Shown: piece by piece, positions 25,456-39,210 of the stretch
Position numbering within the stretch: position 1 is the stretch's first letter
How the letters are laid out: the number at the start of each line of letters is the position of its first letter
Assembly: GCA_015680685.1 (NCBI GenBank)
Contig: MNCI01001248.1
Span: 493,822-557,821 of the forward strand
Length of the DNA: 64,000 nt
DNA from: Gnetum montanum
Taxonomy: Eukaryota; Plantae; Gnetophyta
Direction: 5' to 3'
Translations under genes and position numbers: made by a program
The notes under the pieces: generated by a model
The model's database searches: none
What the model was told of the DNA's origin: nothing
What the model saw: the letters and a program-made list of their open reading frames with translations, nothing else

Positions 25456-25974
25456 GAGAGCGCAGGCCATGGCGAAGGAACCATAGCAAGAGGCCCTGGT
25501 CCCTTTGTTGACACTAGAGCTCAGGAATTTGCCATCGATAGCCAAATTCATCTTATCCATCTAGCTAGGTAAGGAACTAGTTAGATGAATCTGCTAATCT
25601 AGAGTCTAGTGGCAGTGACGGCTAGAGGCAACTAAGCTCATGGGTAACCATAGTTTCCTTGTAGCTCCAAGTGGCGAAGCTAACCTTGGGAGCTGCAACT
25701 ACAAAGTGATCATCATAGCATCATCTCTGAGGGATCAGTCATATTCCTTTCAGCATATCTAAGGAATCAGTAGCATGCTAGGAGGGTAGCGGTGTTGCAT
25801 CTGTTCCAATGCTCTACCCATTTTGTCTGGTAGGGATGTTGTGCAAGAATGATCAGGCTCTCTTGTTCTATGGATCTATTGGAAGATTCCATTTTTAATT
25901 CCTAGTAGACCATTATTGTTGGTTTTAAGTCCCATCTGACCATGGTCTTGGTTTAAAGTCTAGGTAGACTGAAG

Positions 25975-26278
25975 CCTGCTAGTTTTACGTTGTAGCGGAT
26001 GGTGGAAGAGCTAGTTTATGGTCCCAGAAGACCATGCTATGGGTGTCAGTTTTGTGTCGTGACCCAGGGATAAGTCTATGCTAGTTTAACATCTCAAAAG
26101 ATTGATGCTTACCTTGTGAGTTTTAGGTCATGGAGGACAATCAAAAACTTTTCCAGTTTAGCATCGTGGCAGACGCGTGCAGGAAATGCTAGTTTTATGT
26201 TGTAGCGGACGAGTACAACACTGTCAGTTTTACATCATAGCAGAGGTTTGTTACAGTGCCATTTTTATGTCGTAGTGG
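25975..26278 (-). repeat. Post-integrase stem-loop motif array of element B
   Basis: - strand units such as GCTA-CAACGTAAAAC-TAGC, GTCA-CGACACAAAAC-TGAC, CCA-CGATGCTAAAC-TGG. Confidence 0.75.
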
Positions 26279-26312
26279 ATGTTTATTACCTTGCGTATGA
26301 GCTAAGATATCA

Positions 26313-29300
26313 TCTAAATGTGGTACTACTTCAAGTACATGTGATTCATTGGATTTAGAAGTTCGTTGTCATCGATGTCCGCTAGTTTGAATGCTCTATT
26401 GCTGTATGCATCAACGACCAGGAAGGGGCATTCCCATCTTGTAGAGAATTTTTTCACAAGTTCAGGAATAGCCTTAAGAACCAAGTTCCTTTTCTTGATT
26501 GATCATTGATGTAGGTTGTGATGATGCTTCTGCTTCTGCCTATCCTGATATTTTTCGATGTTGTCAAGTGTCTGGATCCATTTCTCCTCCACTGAATCTA
26601 GATCCATGATCCTAGACTTGTTGTGTTGAGTCTCATTTATAATCATGGAGAGGACCATTCATAGCAAGGGAACCTATAATTATAAGGGTAAAACTACTTC
26701 AAATCCATAGACTAGACTGTAGGGTGTCCTACTGGTAGCTGTTCTGCATGTCGTATGATAGGCCCATAGCAGGTAGAGGATCCTTTCATGCCATCGTTTC
26801 TTGTTGCTACTGAGCCTCTTTTTCAGTAAATATATGACCACCTTTTTCGTTGCCTCTACTTGACCATTTTCTTGTGGATAGTAAGGTGAGGAAAAAGATT
26901 TCCTAATACCAAGGTTGTTGCAAAAAGATTTGGTTTTGGCACTACTAAATTATGGCCCATTGTCAGTCACAATAGTCATGGGAAGTCCAAACCTCATTAC
27001 TATGTTATCCAATATAAAATGGAAAACCTATTGAGATATAATATTTCATAAGGGAATAGCCTTGACCAACTTTGTGAAGTACTTAGTGGCGGTGATAATG
27101 AAGCTATGCCCTGTAGAAGACTTAGGTGTGATGGGGCGTATGATGTCTAGTTCCCATCGTTGGAATGGCCAAGTGTTCTGTGTGGTATGTAACTTAGTCG
27201 GTGACACACGTATCATATTTGTGTAAAGATGACATGTGTCACATGTCCTAACTTTGGTAAGGCAGTCTCATTCAATGTATGACCAGTAATATCCTAAGCA
27301 TATGATTTTAGCAGCCATGGCTCGCAGAGCTATGTGTCCTCCATATAGGCCCTCATGGACTTCGCTAACTATCCTTTATGCTCAGTCACTATTAACATAG
27401 GTTAACAATATATCATCAAAAGAGTGCCTGCATAGAGTACTATCTCCGATGATTATGTATTTCCTGGCATGCTTACAGATTGCATCCTTTTGTGCAGATG
27501 TCAACTCATGCAGTGGTTCACCATGTAGAAGATAGGTTTTAATGTTATCATACCATTCTGGCATTCCTTCTACACTTAAGAAAGAGATTTGCACCACTTG
27601 GATGATGGGATCTGTACATTCCATCATTAAAGCAGGCCAGGTGGCTAATAGATGTGGAGGCGTGTTTAAAGCTAGCATAGCTAATGCATCAGCTACAGTG
27701 TTCTCATTACGCGACACATGTCGGACATCAGTCGTTGTGAATTGTTTCAAAAGATCTTTAGCCATATTTCAATAGTGCTGCAGATGTGTAGCCTTGCAGG
27801 CATAGACTTCTATGATTTGATTGACAATGAGAATTGAATTACCTTGGATTGCTAGTTGTTGGATGTTCAATTCTTTGGCTACTAACAATCCCCTGAGGAG
27901 TCCCTCGTATTCTACCACATTATTCATACACGGGAATGCCAAGTGGTAAGCCAATGGGAAAACATCCTTAGGGGAAAGTGTAATGACAGTGGTGGCACTG
28001 CTGCCTCTAGTAGTCAAAGCTCCATCAAAGTATACCGTCACTTTGAGGCCTGTTGATGTAGGGCTTAAATTATGTACATGTTCGTTAGGAAACTTAGGCT
28101 CTATCATGGCCTGATCGTTAATTGGTGATGTTACAAGCTAATAAGCTATCACTAAAGATTGGTAAACGTAGTGCAATTCAAATTCTACTGTGATGGCTTT
28201 CTAGCAGGCTATCCTACTGCTCTCATATAGATTTTTCGTGATTGCACGTAGAATGTTGTTCTTGCAAATTATGTTAACTTGGTTTCTGAAAAGATAGTGC
28301 CTACATTTTTTGAGTGCAAAAAATAATGTCAAGAAGTTATGCTCTACTTCATTGTATCTCATTTCGTATGCAAATAGTGCATGACTTATATAATAGATAG
28401 GGATTTATAACCCATCGTCCCTCTTTTGACACAACAATGCAGCTATAGACACATCTGAACTTGCCAGGTCAATGTAAAAAGGCTAATCCCTTTGTGGTGG
28501 GAAAACCATAGACAAATGTAGCAGCTCTTCCTTTAGGTTTTCAAACGCACACTGGAAATCTTCGGTCCATTCGAAGTTAACTCCCTTCTTGAGCAGATGT
28601 TGCATAGGATGTAATTTTTCTATCAACTTTGAGATGAACCTCCTAATAAACTGTAACCTACCCTACAACCCACGTAGTTCTTTGAGGTTCATAGGTGGTG
28701 CTAGGTTAATGATAGCCTTAACCTTGTATGCCAGCCTCCGATACTACAAACCCCAACATGCATCCGGTTTTAACTCTGAATACAAATTTTTTCAAGTTGA
28801 GCAGTAAGTCGTGCCTGAGACATTGTTTAAGGATTAACTTCAGGTCTCTTGGATGATCTTCCAAGTTCCTAGATTTAACATCTATGTCATCTACATAGTC
28901 ATTCAATCTCTCTAAGAGGTAATCGTTAAAGATGTATGTCATGGAGCATTGATAAGTTGCTCTAGTGTTTTTTAGCCCAAAGGGCATCATGGTAGTATAG
29001 AAAGTTCCCTAGGGGGTCATGAAAGTTGTAGTCAATTGATGTTCTAGGTTGATAGGGATTTGATTATATCCCCAAAAACCATCTATGATGGATAGTAGTG
29101 TGTGTCCAGCTATTGTATCGATAAGTTGGTCAATACCCAGTAATGGGAAATTTTCTTTAATTATTACCTTATTCAAATCACGGAAGTCTATACAGATGCG
29201 TATTCCTTCCGTTTTCTTAAAAACAACAACAATGTTTGAAACCCAATTCGAGTAATCAACCATGTGGATGAAACCATTTTGATTTAGCTTAGTGATTTCA

Positions 29301-29767
29301 TCACACACTTCCAACACAATTTCAGGCTTAATCTTCCATGCTTTCTATCTAACTGCTTTGATACTTGGGTTTAACACAATGTTATGCTCTATCATTCATG
29401 CTTCTAAACCTGGCATGTCTTCGTACGACCATGCGAACACCATAATGTTATCTTGAAGCACTTGAGATATATCACTCTGCGTTTGTTGGTCAAGGAGAGA
29501 ACTAACTTTCAGAGTTTTGCTTTCTCCTTTGTGCGTAACCATAAAGACCTCAGTGAGGGGATCCTCAGTTACATCACCAGCCTCTAAGTCTAGGGTTCAA
29601 CCCTAATGCTCTAGCCAGTCTGGGGATACTTTCGATGCTTCTATGGTTATGTAATAGGAGGAAGCATCAGTTCCTATCATTGCAAGATTAGTATGTCTTA
29701 AAATTTCCCCATAAGGGCCTGTTAGGACTAGGGGTGCAAGTAAAGCTTTGTCCATTTGCGAACTGAC
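26313..29767 (-). pseudogene. Element B pol: RT-RH-aRH-INT (decayed)
   Basis: ORFs 29009-29317 and 28718-28990 (MPFGLKN, DYVDDI), 27769-28107 (VYFDGA..NNVVEYEGLLRGL aRH), 27382-27765; integrase WPFQRWELDII and TDNGP by manual translation. Confidence 0.95.
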
Positions 29768-30332
29768 CTGCAAAACAATGCCAAGAATGGAAGTCATTAC
29801 ATTGTTTTTCCCAACATGGTGAAATGACAAAAGGTTTTTTAGATATGTGTGTTGAAAAGGTTTCCACTTTAAGGTCTTAGCAGACCATTACAATATACAC
29901 AGTTTGCAAAAAAATAGCAAGCTAGGATTCCTAGGTATTAGTGTAAGGTTTCTACGAACTATGATGAAAGGTATAATGTGGCGTGTCTAGCATGTCAAGA
30001 CAACTAATTTAGGATTTTATGCAGACTGGTGTTAATGTGACCAGATTACGAGACAATAAGCTACATGTTAGTTTAGGGTCTTTTCAGACCGTCATCAATG
30101 CAATATCTACGAGATTAATCGTGTGATCTTCACCCTTCATGTTGAACTAAAATGCTTGCATTTTGGGAAAGTTCTACATTGATCAGACATGAAAAATGTA
30201 AATTTTCAGCCTCTCTTTTATAAGTAGATTTTTCATCCTGAGAGTAAAATATAAACATCATGAGGTTGAGCTAGGCTAAAGCAGAAAGAAAGCGTAAGCA
30301 TATGATTTTGTGAAGGTTGTTCAAGTGTAACC

Positions 30333-33300
30333 ATGGCATCGAAGACCAAAGGAAAACATGCCAAGTTGGTGAGGATTGATGAAGTGCAGGAAAGCTTGGG
30401 GCGAATTTCAAAGGCTCGGGTTGATACTTAGGAGGTTACTCCACTCACCCAGTAAGTTGTTTTTTGCCTTCCTTGTATGATTGTTGTTTTCGCTGTCACA
30501 ACATCGTAATTGTATTTGTTCTGAAGATGTGCATTGTGTTGGGTGTCGATACCTACCTGTGCTAGTTACACTATTAGAGTTTGTAATATTGACCTCATCG
30601 CCATTGTCAGAGATAGACCTTGCACCGTCGCAAGGGTTTGGGTGATCCTGGGTAATATTGAATAAACACAATATGCAGCTGATCAGTAGTCTAGGTATTA
30701 TACCCTTGTGCAGTGTAAATGATTTTTTTATTGCCTTGCCCATAATAGTTGCATGTTACACTAGAGTAATATGCAGTGTTACCTTTATCGCCATTGTCAG
30801 AGATAGACCTTCCACTGTCACAAGGGTTTGGGCGATTTTGATGATGCATTTCTAGAGTAACATGTAATTTTCTAGGAGTCAAGACAATGAGAACCCTAGT
30901 GTTTCTTAATGGATTTTTTGTGAACCCTTTTTTATTTGTTTGGTTTTGACGTTGTTAGTATGTTTCTAATTGTAGTGTGCTTTATTGTAAAGGATTACAC
31001 TAAGGCCCATCCTAATCGTCTTGGACATTGTGGGCATTCTATACTATTTACATGTTCCTATGGCCAATGTTCCTCCTCCTCATGCTTGTGTAGGGGAAGA
31101 GGAGATTTGTTTTCGGCAAGGCACATGGGAGTTCTTGCAATTTTTGTTGCGTAATTTTAGCACATTATTTGGTTGCATCTACCAACCGAGACAATCGTTG
31201 CTATTCTGGAGATGCTATTGGTTGGGTCAACACAGGGCATCTTAACATTTCTGGTGGATGGCTCAATCGATACTATGAGGGGAACATATCATGAATATAA
31301 TTTCAAGTGTTTGAGGCATTTATCTTGGATCTAGGAGATGCCTAGGTTTGATTATTATCATGCCCATAACACAATGTTTGTGGCTCGTCATCTCATGACC
31401 TATTTTCAGAATCCACCTGGCGTCATGTATTATGCTGGTAGGTAAGTGTTTTCAAGATGTCATGATGTGCTAACTATTTTTTGATTTTGCATCAAGTATA
31501 AAAAATTGTCTACATTCTATGATGTAGGTTTTTTATCAATGCTAATGGTCTTCAAGGTGATATGGACATGTTATCTATGGCTGAAATGGCCATAAAGGAA
31601 TTCACTTCCATCAACAATGTGTGTGCTAGTGTCCTAGGAAAACTAGGATTTGAAATCCAACACTACCCTATCTATTATGCCAAATTCTTCGCCAAGTGTA
31701 GAGACTCCAGATGGCTAGACAAGAAGTGGACTTTGGATCGTCCTATCACCATTGACAACATACAAGAGAAAATTCCAGTGTTTCCTTTGCCCTTTCAACA
31801 CGGTAAGTTACGCTATGAGAGTAGGAACAATGTATAAGATTTTATTATTTTGCTTTTCTAAATTGTTTTTTTATGTTCATAGTTAGGGAATCATGGGAGG
31901 TCATGGTGATAGCTTCTAGGCATGAGGCGAGCAGTCTCTTTTTCCATTATGGTGACATAAAAGAAGCACAACGTTGGCTCTACCATGGAGCGGCCCCAGT
32001 TGTCATAACCAAGAATCTCCAAGAAGCTAGCCTGATGGAGCTATTTCTAGCTATAAACCTTGATGTCACAGTAGTTAAAATGTTAACCCTAGTCGACTCC
32101 TTCAACGAAGAAGTTGAGTGTCTTCACATGCGCATGCGTAATGTGCGTGTGAGTTTTGATATTAACGCTCAACTATTCACTGATTTTTTTGGAATTCCTT
32201 TTGATGGTCTTCTGTTGGAAGAAAGGTCAAAGAGAGGTTCTAAAAATAAGAAGGACATAGAGGAGTGGCTAGGGGTTAAAAAGGAACCAAAAGGCATCCT
32301 CGCTGATAAAGTCCAACTTGATGTGGCTAATGTCATTTATCCCCTCTTCCGAGCTTGCACCTTTCCCAAAATACTCTCCCAAGGAAGAATCCTTAGCATA
32401 GAGCAGGCTCAGATCATGTGGGAGGTTATGGAGGAGAGGACATGGTATAATTAGGCCAATTACCTTGCTAAAGGTCTATAGGCTGACATGGTTAAGCTTC
32501 GCAAGAAGCTTGTATCTCATTTCAACATGAATTTTTTCTTTTTCATAGCTTTCTTTTAGCGTTTTGTGGAATTCCTAGTGGTTCTCAAGGATGGATTCTG
32601 GGTGCAACAAGACCATAACTAGATTTTCAAACTGTGGATTTCCTAGGTCTTCTGCACCGTCTGATCCCAAGATCCTCCTGAAGGTATCATAGAGTCATTT
32701 TCGCTAACGACTAAGGATCTAGTGGTGCCTCGTGTGCGAGGCCAAGATAGTGTGGATGGGGCACCTGCTTCTTACACTGGCAATGCATCGAGGGGGAAAT
32801 GCCTTACAATAGAAATAGTGGATTCATCAGTTCAGCAAAAAAAGCATCGTTCGGCCATGGAGTCCTCTGGCTCGATTGGTGAAGAGGGAAGGAAACTACG
32901 GATTAAATTTCATAAGAATGATCCTCCGAATGGTAAGTAGAAGAATGTGTGATTAGTTTATGCATATTACACTATGTGTAGATGTCATTTCATCATGTAG
33001 AACTTGTAAAAAGTAAATAAAGCTTTGTTTTGGTTAACTATGTTATTTGACAGAGAAAAGGAAGGATGTAGAGGAATTGACCCTTGAAACAAGGGCCATA
33101 GTTTTACAGCGTGCAGAAGGGGCCCTAGTTATGGATAAGGAAGCCCCTATTAACAAGGTAGGTGGTATGCAGGTTCCTATGTCTGAAGGGGAGATGGACA
33201 TAGAGGATGCCGAGGTCCTTTTGGATGAGCCTGAGAAAGAGGAGTGATTTTTCATTGGTATGTTTGACCATTTTCTTGGAGAGAAATCTTCTCGCTATTT

Positions 33301-34727
33301 CCCCTGGGGGTTTGTTGCATTAGAGCTTTGTATTTTTGTGACATCTCAATTGGCCTTTGTCTACTATGCTATGTTTAACCTATTTTATTTGTGTAATAGG
33401 CACTTTTGGTAACAGTGGTGTACCTTTGTCAGCAGCCTCGACTCAAAATTGGGGCGAAGCCCCTAATAAATTTTCCTTTATGAAGGGCATTGTGAATGAT
33501 ATGATCGATCGCTTAGAGCAAATCAATCATAAAATTGCTACGTCACTATTGTTACATAGGGATTGTTGGCATTGTGACATTAGGTTATTCAGTTGCATCT
33601 AACTATTATATTTTATGTTACAGGATCTCGCCTCAGATGGGATTCGAAAGAGCCCGTTGACATAGACAGTACCCCTAAACCTTCACCAGAGGTGATTGAA
33701 GTGCCATGCAACCTTTATGATGAAATGCGTAAATGTGAGTTATGCTCGGCCCATTCTTTATGGGAGTTTCAGAACGTCAACGAAGATCTTTGGAAGAGGC
33801 TGCAAAAAATAGAAAAGGAGAAAATGGACTTGACTACTAGGGTTGAGGACCTGGAGTCTCAGAACGAATTTCTACAAGCTCGAGAGACCAATGACGAGAA
33901 TTGGTTGATAGCTATGATTGACTATGCTCGTTATTGGATGGTCGTCAAGAACAACATCCAAGCCAACTGTGAGCTCATTGACCAATGGATGCAAATGGAT
34001 CTCCTAGCCCAAAAGAACCAAGATTGGAAGGATTTTAGCACGAGGGTCCAAGAATAGGGGCAGGCACAGAAAGACCATAAGCACATGTATAAATGAGAAT
34101 GTGCTTCCTACCACCAACATTACAAGGATTCTGTGATTGAAGCACGATCCCTCTGGTTGTTCCTCGATGTCATCAATGCTTCTAGAGCATATGAAAAGTT
34201 CCAAGAGCAAGTGATAGTGAGTGCTTTCCCTAAGAAAGAGATAACTCTCCCTGGCAGGGAGACCACTGTCCCTTCCTTCTTTTCTGAACTGCCATGGTGG
34301 ACTCCCATGGAAAAAGGGAAGGTAAAGGCTGGAGCTAATCTAGGAGACGTTGTTTGGGTTGAGCTTACTAAAGACGAGATCATGCGATGTTTGTTGGTTG
34401 GCATGGAGCAAATTCCTTTCATGGACGACACAGGACCATCACAGGTAAGCTATGTTATAGTTGTATTCTTGTTATGCAGACTTTCAGTGGTGACGCTAAT
34501 GTTTGTTTCATGTCACATCATAGGATCGACACAAAGAGGGTCCTCATGAAGAGGAGCATGATGGAGATGATGGCCCTCATGAAGAAGGTCCCCATGAGGA
34601 GGAGCCTAGAGAGGATCACCCCCATGAATAGATGCCATGTAAAGAAAGTCCCTATGAAGATGATCCTCATGAGGCGGAGGTGGAGTTAAATGATGCAGAT
34701 GGAAGTGGTAACAAAGGGGATGTGTAG
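30333..34727 (+). pseudogene. Element B antisense 8-exon gene, homologous to that of element A (FCP1/NIF-like domain + transposon-associated domain + coiled coil + PHEE-repeat acidic tail)
   Basis: Exons 30333-30451, 30993-31441, 31528-31802, 31883-32932, 33054-33257, 33400-about 33537 (donor mutated), 33624-34444, 34524-34727. Exon 2 reads RPILIVLDIVGIL..EICFRQGTWEFLQFLLRNFS..LRHLSWI*E..YHAHNTMFVARH. Confidence 0.85.
30560..30860 (+). repeat. About 190-bp direct duplication in intron 1 of the element B antisense gene
   Basis: ATCGCCATTGTCAGAGATAGACCTT..CAAGGGTTTGGG at about 30597 and 30787. Confidence 0.85.
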
Positions 34728-34861
34728 CATGGCAATATTGGCCAAACATTTTTCATAATGAAAGGGAATAAAGAGTAACATTCTTTGATCAATGTGATCA
34801 TAAAATAACATCTTTAATTTTTTGATTTTATGAAAGGAAATGTATCGTTAGAAAGGTTACA

Positions 34862-35130
34862 CGTTTTAGGCCACTACGGGCTGCTAATAGTTTAAGTCCA
34901 TTTCGGGCAAGGCCATTGTAAACGTAAAAGAATAAACATAAATTGCCAATTTTAGGCCATAGTGGGCCGTAACTAGTTTAAGGCCATTTCAGGCAAATGA
35001 TAGTTTAAGGCCATTGTGGGCTGAGCCACACACATGGAAGGGAGTAAACAAAATTGCTAGTTTTAGGCCATAGTGGGCCATAACTAGTTTAAGGCCATTT
35101 TGGGCTGACGATAGTTTAAAGCCATTTAGA
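34862..35130 (-). repeat. Array of A-TGGCCTTAAAC-T motif units between the protease and the 3' end of the antisense gene (element B)
   Basis: AGTTTAAGGCCA/AGTTTTAGGCCA recurs about 8 times on +. Confidence 0.8.
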
Positions 35131-35244
35131 GCCAACAATAGTGAAAAAGTGTAATGATAACGATGTGACATAATGGAATGTGAGCTACGTGCCAGTAAGT
35201 AATGTAAACTGATATAACATGTTACATCAACATGTTTATTAATT

Positions 35245-38200
35245 AACCCCATAGCTGCTTCTTAATTATTTTTAAGTTTGGCGATGTGTATGGACGAGGC
35301 TTATTATAGCATTCCTCTTCGCTACCATCTTCTCCCTAGAAGGGCAGTTCAGCCCAAACCAAGCCTTCATTGGCCACTGTGTCGGCCTGTTCAACTATTA
35401 GGATAGGGTTTGATCTTCAAGGATCTCAAACTTCGAACCCTGTTCCATTTCTATGTTGTTAACCACTTGAGGGGTCATCTTATCACCATGGATGATCACT
35501 TCCCCTCCTACATAGGGGAAGTGGATCTCTTGATGAATGGGTGATGAGACTATCCTTAATTGGGCTAACCAAGACCTCCCTAAGATTTGGTTGAAATTGG
35601 ACATCTCCTCGATGATGATAAACACTGCGTCTATGGGGAATTGATCCCCTGCTACAAAGTTGATGTGTACCATTCCCTTGACTTGCACTCGTGCCCCGTT
35701 AAATGACTTTAAACATGATATTGTCTTGGGATTGATCTGGTTGATCAAACCCAATTTATCCACTATGGGATATGGAATGACATTGGCAGTGGCCCCATCA
35801 TCCACGTGTACTCTCCAGATTCTGTACTGGCCGACCGAGATGATAATGAACATGGGCACTATTGTCACCTGACCCTTTTTCAGGTCATCCTTAATGGATT
35901 TTTCATGAAATGTCAATTGGGAAGATCATGGTTGTTCAGTAGTGGGAGGAAGCATAATTGAATGGATTGCTTCTTCCTCTATGGACAAGCTCTCGTTCAC
36001 AGGTATGGATGTTAACATGCAAACCATGGCCTCACAATGTTTTTGTGATGTCATCAACAAGTCATAGAGGCTCAGAATTGTATTTTTTTATTTAAGAGCC
36101 TTCTTAACCTGCATAAAAGCATCAAGGAGATCATTCCCATGATCAAGTTGTTTGCTACTCCTCTCTTCTTCCATTCATTCTAGGGGACGAATCTCTCAAA
36201 GAGGAATGGTCTTTGGTTGAGGATTGCATTTTCTTGGATAGGAAGAAGATGGTCTTGTTTATGTAACATCATATTTTTTAGAGGGTGGAGCCAAGGGCAC
36301 CGAGGCAAGGGACGTAGGCTTAGATAACCCAAGCATAAGATGGTCCTTGGCTGTGTTACCTATCATACACCCTTCTCCTTTCCTGGTAGGTTGTGATTGG
36401 GCTATTGACTTAGAGATTTGCCCCTACATAACAGCAGCAGCTGATGGCTTTGGCACCTTGATGACAAAGGGTGCCCTAGGTATGGGCGCAGGTTGGGCCA
36501 TAGCTTTACTGACAAATGGTTGTGGAACGAAGGTTTGGAATGGGACTTGGAGGACAAAAGGTTGTCGTGGATCTGCACTCATCAATGTTGATGGGTTTTT
36601 CATCTGAGGTGGACGAGGAGGCACATGCAACACAAAGGATTTGTTTGGCTAGTTTTGGCCATCGCTCTTCATACCCACTACGTTGATAGTGTACCCTGCA
36701 TTATTTGCATTTAACAGGTCCTGGCACACATGCATGGACTGGTTTTCCAGACTAACTGGACTACTGCTATCTAGGATCAGTTTACCTTGATTTATCATGC
36801 ATTGAATGTCATCTTTCAATGCCCAGCAATAATCCATGTGGTGACCACACAACTGGTGATAGTCACAGAAATGGTCCAACCTAAAGTTTTTAGGAACTGG
36901 TGATTCATTTGGCAGGGCCAAGGAGGGGTTCTTGAGCAACTCATAATGCCATCTGTGGCATTTCAGACCCTCCTTGGACACCTTCTTATGTTGGATGTGG
37001 CTAGTTCCCAGCAATTTCTTTAGAAGTTCTGAAGGCTTTACAAGTAGAGTCATGTATTTTGAGCAATCTTTATGCTCAAAATTAGCCTTTGGCTATGGGG
37101 ATGCTTCAGGGGTGGGTGTTGTTTTCTGATCAATGCTGTTTGAGCTAGTTGTGGCTTCAGTAGGCACTGTAGATACCTTCTTGTTGTTATTTTTCTTCTT
37201 GGTCCCTTCGGTTATAGCTGCTACTATCGTTGTTGTAGTTTTGCCCTTGTCTTTTCTCTTGTTGTAGGAATTTTTGTAGACCACATATGCCAGGTCTTTG
37301 CTAGCCTCTATCGCATCTTAAATGCTCTTAGTCTAAACAAAGGCTTGGCTGAGGGAGCAGGGAATGAGGTAATACAGTTTGGACTTAATGAATTCATTGA
37401 CTGCGCCCTTGAAGATTGCCAATAGATAGGCCTCCATGATGGGTTCACGGATTTCATTCAAGGTTGCACTCCACCACTATATAAACTTTTGGACTGGCTT
37501 GAGCAGATCTTGCTTGACTCCCATAAGCTAATCTAGCATGACCTTTGGTTTTAGGTTGTATTTGAAATGATTCACAAACTAGGTAAGCAGATCTTCCAAG
37601 GTTGAGATGGAAGAGCATGGAAGTGCATGATAACAGTCTAAAGCTTTACCCGTTAGGAACATAGCAAAGACACGTATGATGGTATGTGGCCATTGTTGCA
37701 GTAACAATGACTCTGACTTGAAGGTAACTAAATGGGCATTGGGATCGCCTTCCCCATTGTATTTTGTAAAATATGGAAGTGGCATCCCAGGGGGTAAAAT
37801 AGGTACTGCCAGATCGATAGGATCATCATGGTAAAAATCCATGACCTATGTTGTGTCAGAACTGGTAGCCTTGAGGCATTTAACTTCCTTGGTAAGGATT
37901 TGAATAAGTTGAAAGGCTTGATCTAGACTTGTGGATGAAGAGGTTGGTTGTGGAATAGCAATGGGAGTCATGCTGGGTGGCGAGATAGGGGTGAAAGCTT
38001 GGCCAATGTGCGATGCTATCGAAACCATTCTTGTAGGCAATGCTACTTATGGCATCCACCACCCAGCAGGTGGTGTAGGTGGAGCGAGAACCATCGATTA
38101 TGTCATGGGATATGTAGTTTGCATGGCTGGGGGCATAGAAAATGGCCCTGTAACAGGGTTTAGAATCTGCAAGACTTGGTGTTGATGGTGGTGAATATGG

Positions 38201-38994
38201 GACTTCTGCATAGGATGTGCGACAAGGAACGATGTATTTGGAGCCCACCACACAGTAGTGGTAGGTCCTGTCATGTAGGCTGGGATGAATGTAGGAGCTA
38301 TGTGTAATTGCGAAGTAGGCACTGTGTTCACATATGGTGATGTGGGTGTAGGTATGCAATGAGATGGATTGGCTAATTATGACTACGGAGGAATGGTCTA
38401 TGAAGGAATACCACTCGGGAGGGCAGCCAAAGAGAAGAAATGTTGACAGGATGCATGGTTCACACGATTAGCAGTATTTAATGATAATGGTGTAGTGATC
38501 ATGAATAGAGGATTTACGCAGGATGCTGTGAAGGGAGGAGCCATGAGAAAGCTAGCATGACTACCTCCATCGGAGTGGGAGTTTAAATCCTCTTGCCCAT
38601 CATGGGATGCTTCATTGCAGAACATCTCGTCTCATTGTTCCATTGGCATCCTCGCCATTAATAGCTGGTCCAACATCCATTGTTGCTAGTCTATCAGAGG
38701 TATGGAAGCATTAGGCGAAGGAACAAATTCCCTCCCATTATAGTGGATGAACTCATATTCGCGTTTCACTTCAAGTTCCTGTGGGTACATGGGTAGATTT
38801 GCCATAAGTTTGGCAAAGAGGAAGTTGTAATGTTTCCTACGCTAAGCATGTCCTTCAGGCTCTTTATTTTGAATCTTGAGGGACCAACGTAGCCACACCA
38901 AACTAGTCGGTGGCTCAACAACAGTAGGCATAGCCTACACCGTCTAGGGGTTTTCAAGGCTAGCGGTGTCAACAACAATGGTTGATGCAACCAT
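35245..38994 (-). pseudogene. Element B gag-protease (decayed)
   Basis: ORFs 37579-37842 (KYNGEGDPNAHL), 36649-37053 (CDYHQLCGHHMDYC), 35398-35916 (VHVDDGATANVI..ILGRSWL); N-terminus from ATG 38994 is homologous to A. Confidence 0.92.
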
Positions 38995-39210
38995 TCTCTA
39001 CACAGCTAGAGGGTAATGATAACAAGGATAAAGATCACAAGGGAAAACACAAGTTAAGGTGAAGGTGGGCTTTCTATCCTGCAGGATTTCAAAGGAATCA
39101 TCGAAGTGACCAATCTGTACTTCATGATCATGTAAACAACCATGGAGGTATTACAATTACATTAGTCGATAATGGGTACAGACAACTTATAGGACTACCT
39201 TTGAATCATA

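Noticed and set aside
33624-34444. Envelope-like (env) gene call for the extra gene
   Set aside because: Antisense, spliced and upstream of RT, with no convincing signal peptide or transmembrane segment in the reconstructed exons
30333-34727. Independent host gene interrupted by or adjacent to TEs
   Set aside because: Found at the same position and orientation in three separate elements and decayed like the surrounding gag/pol, so it is part of the element
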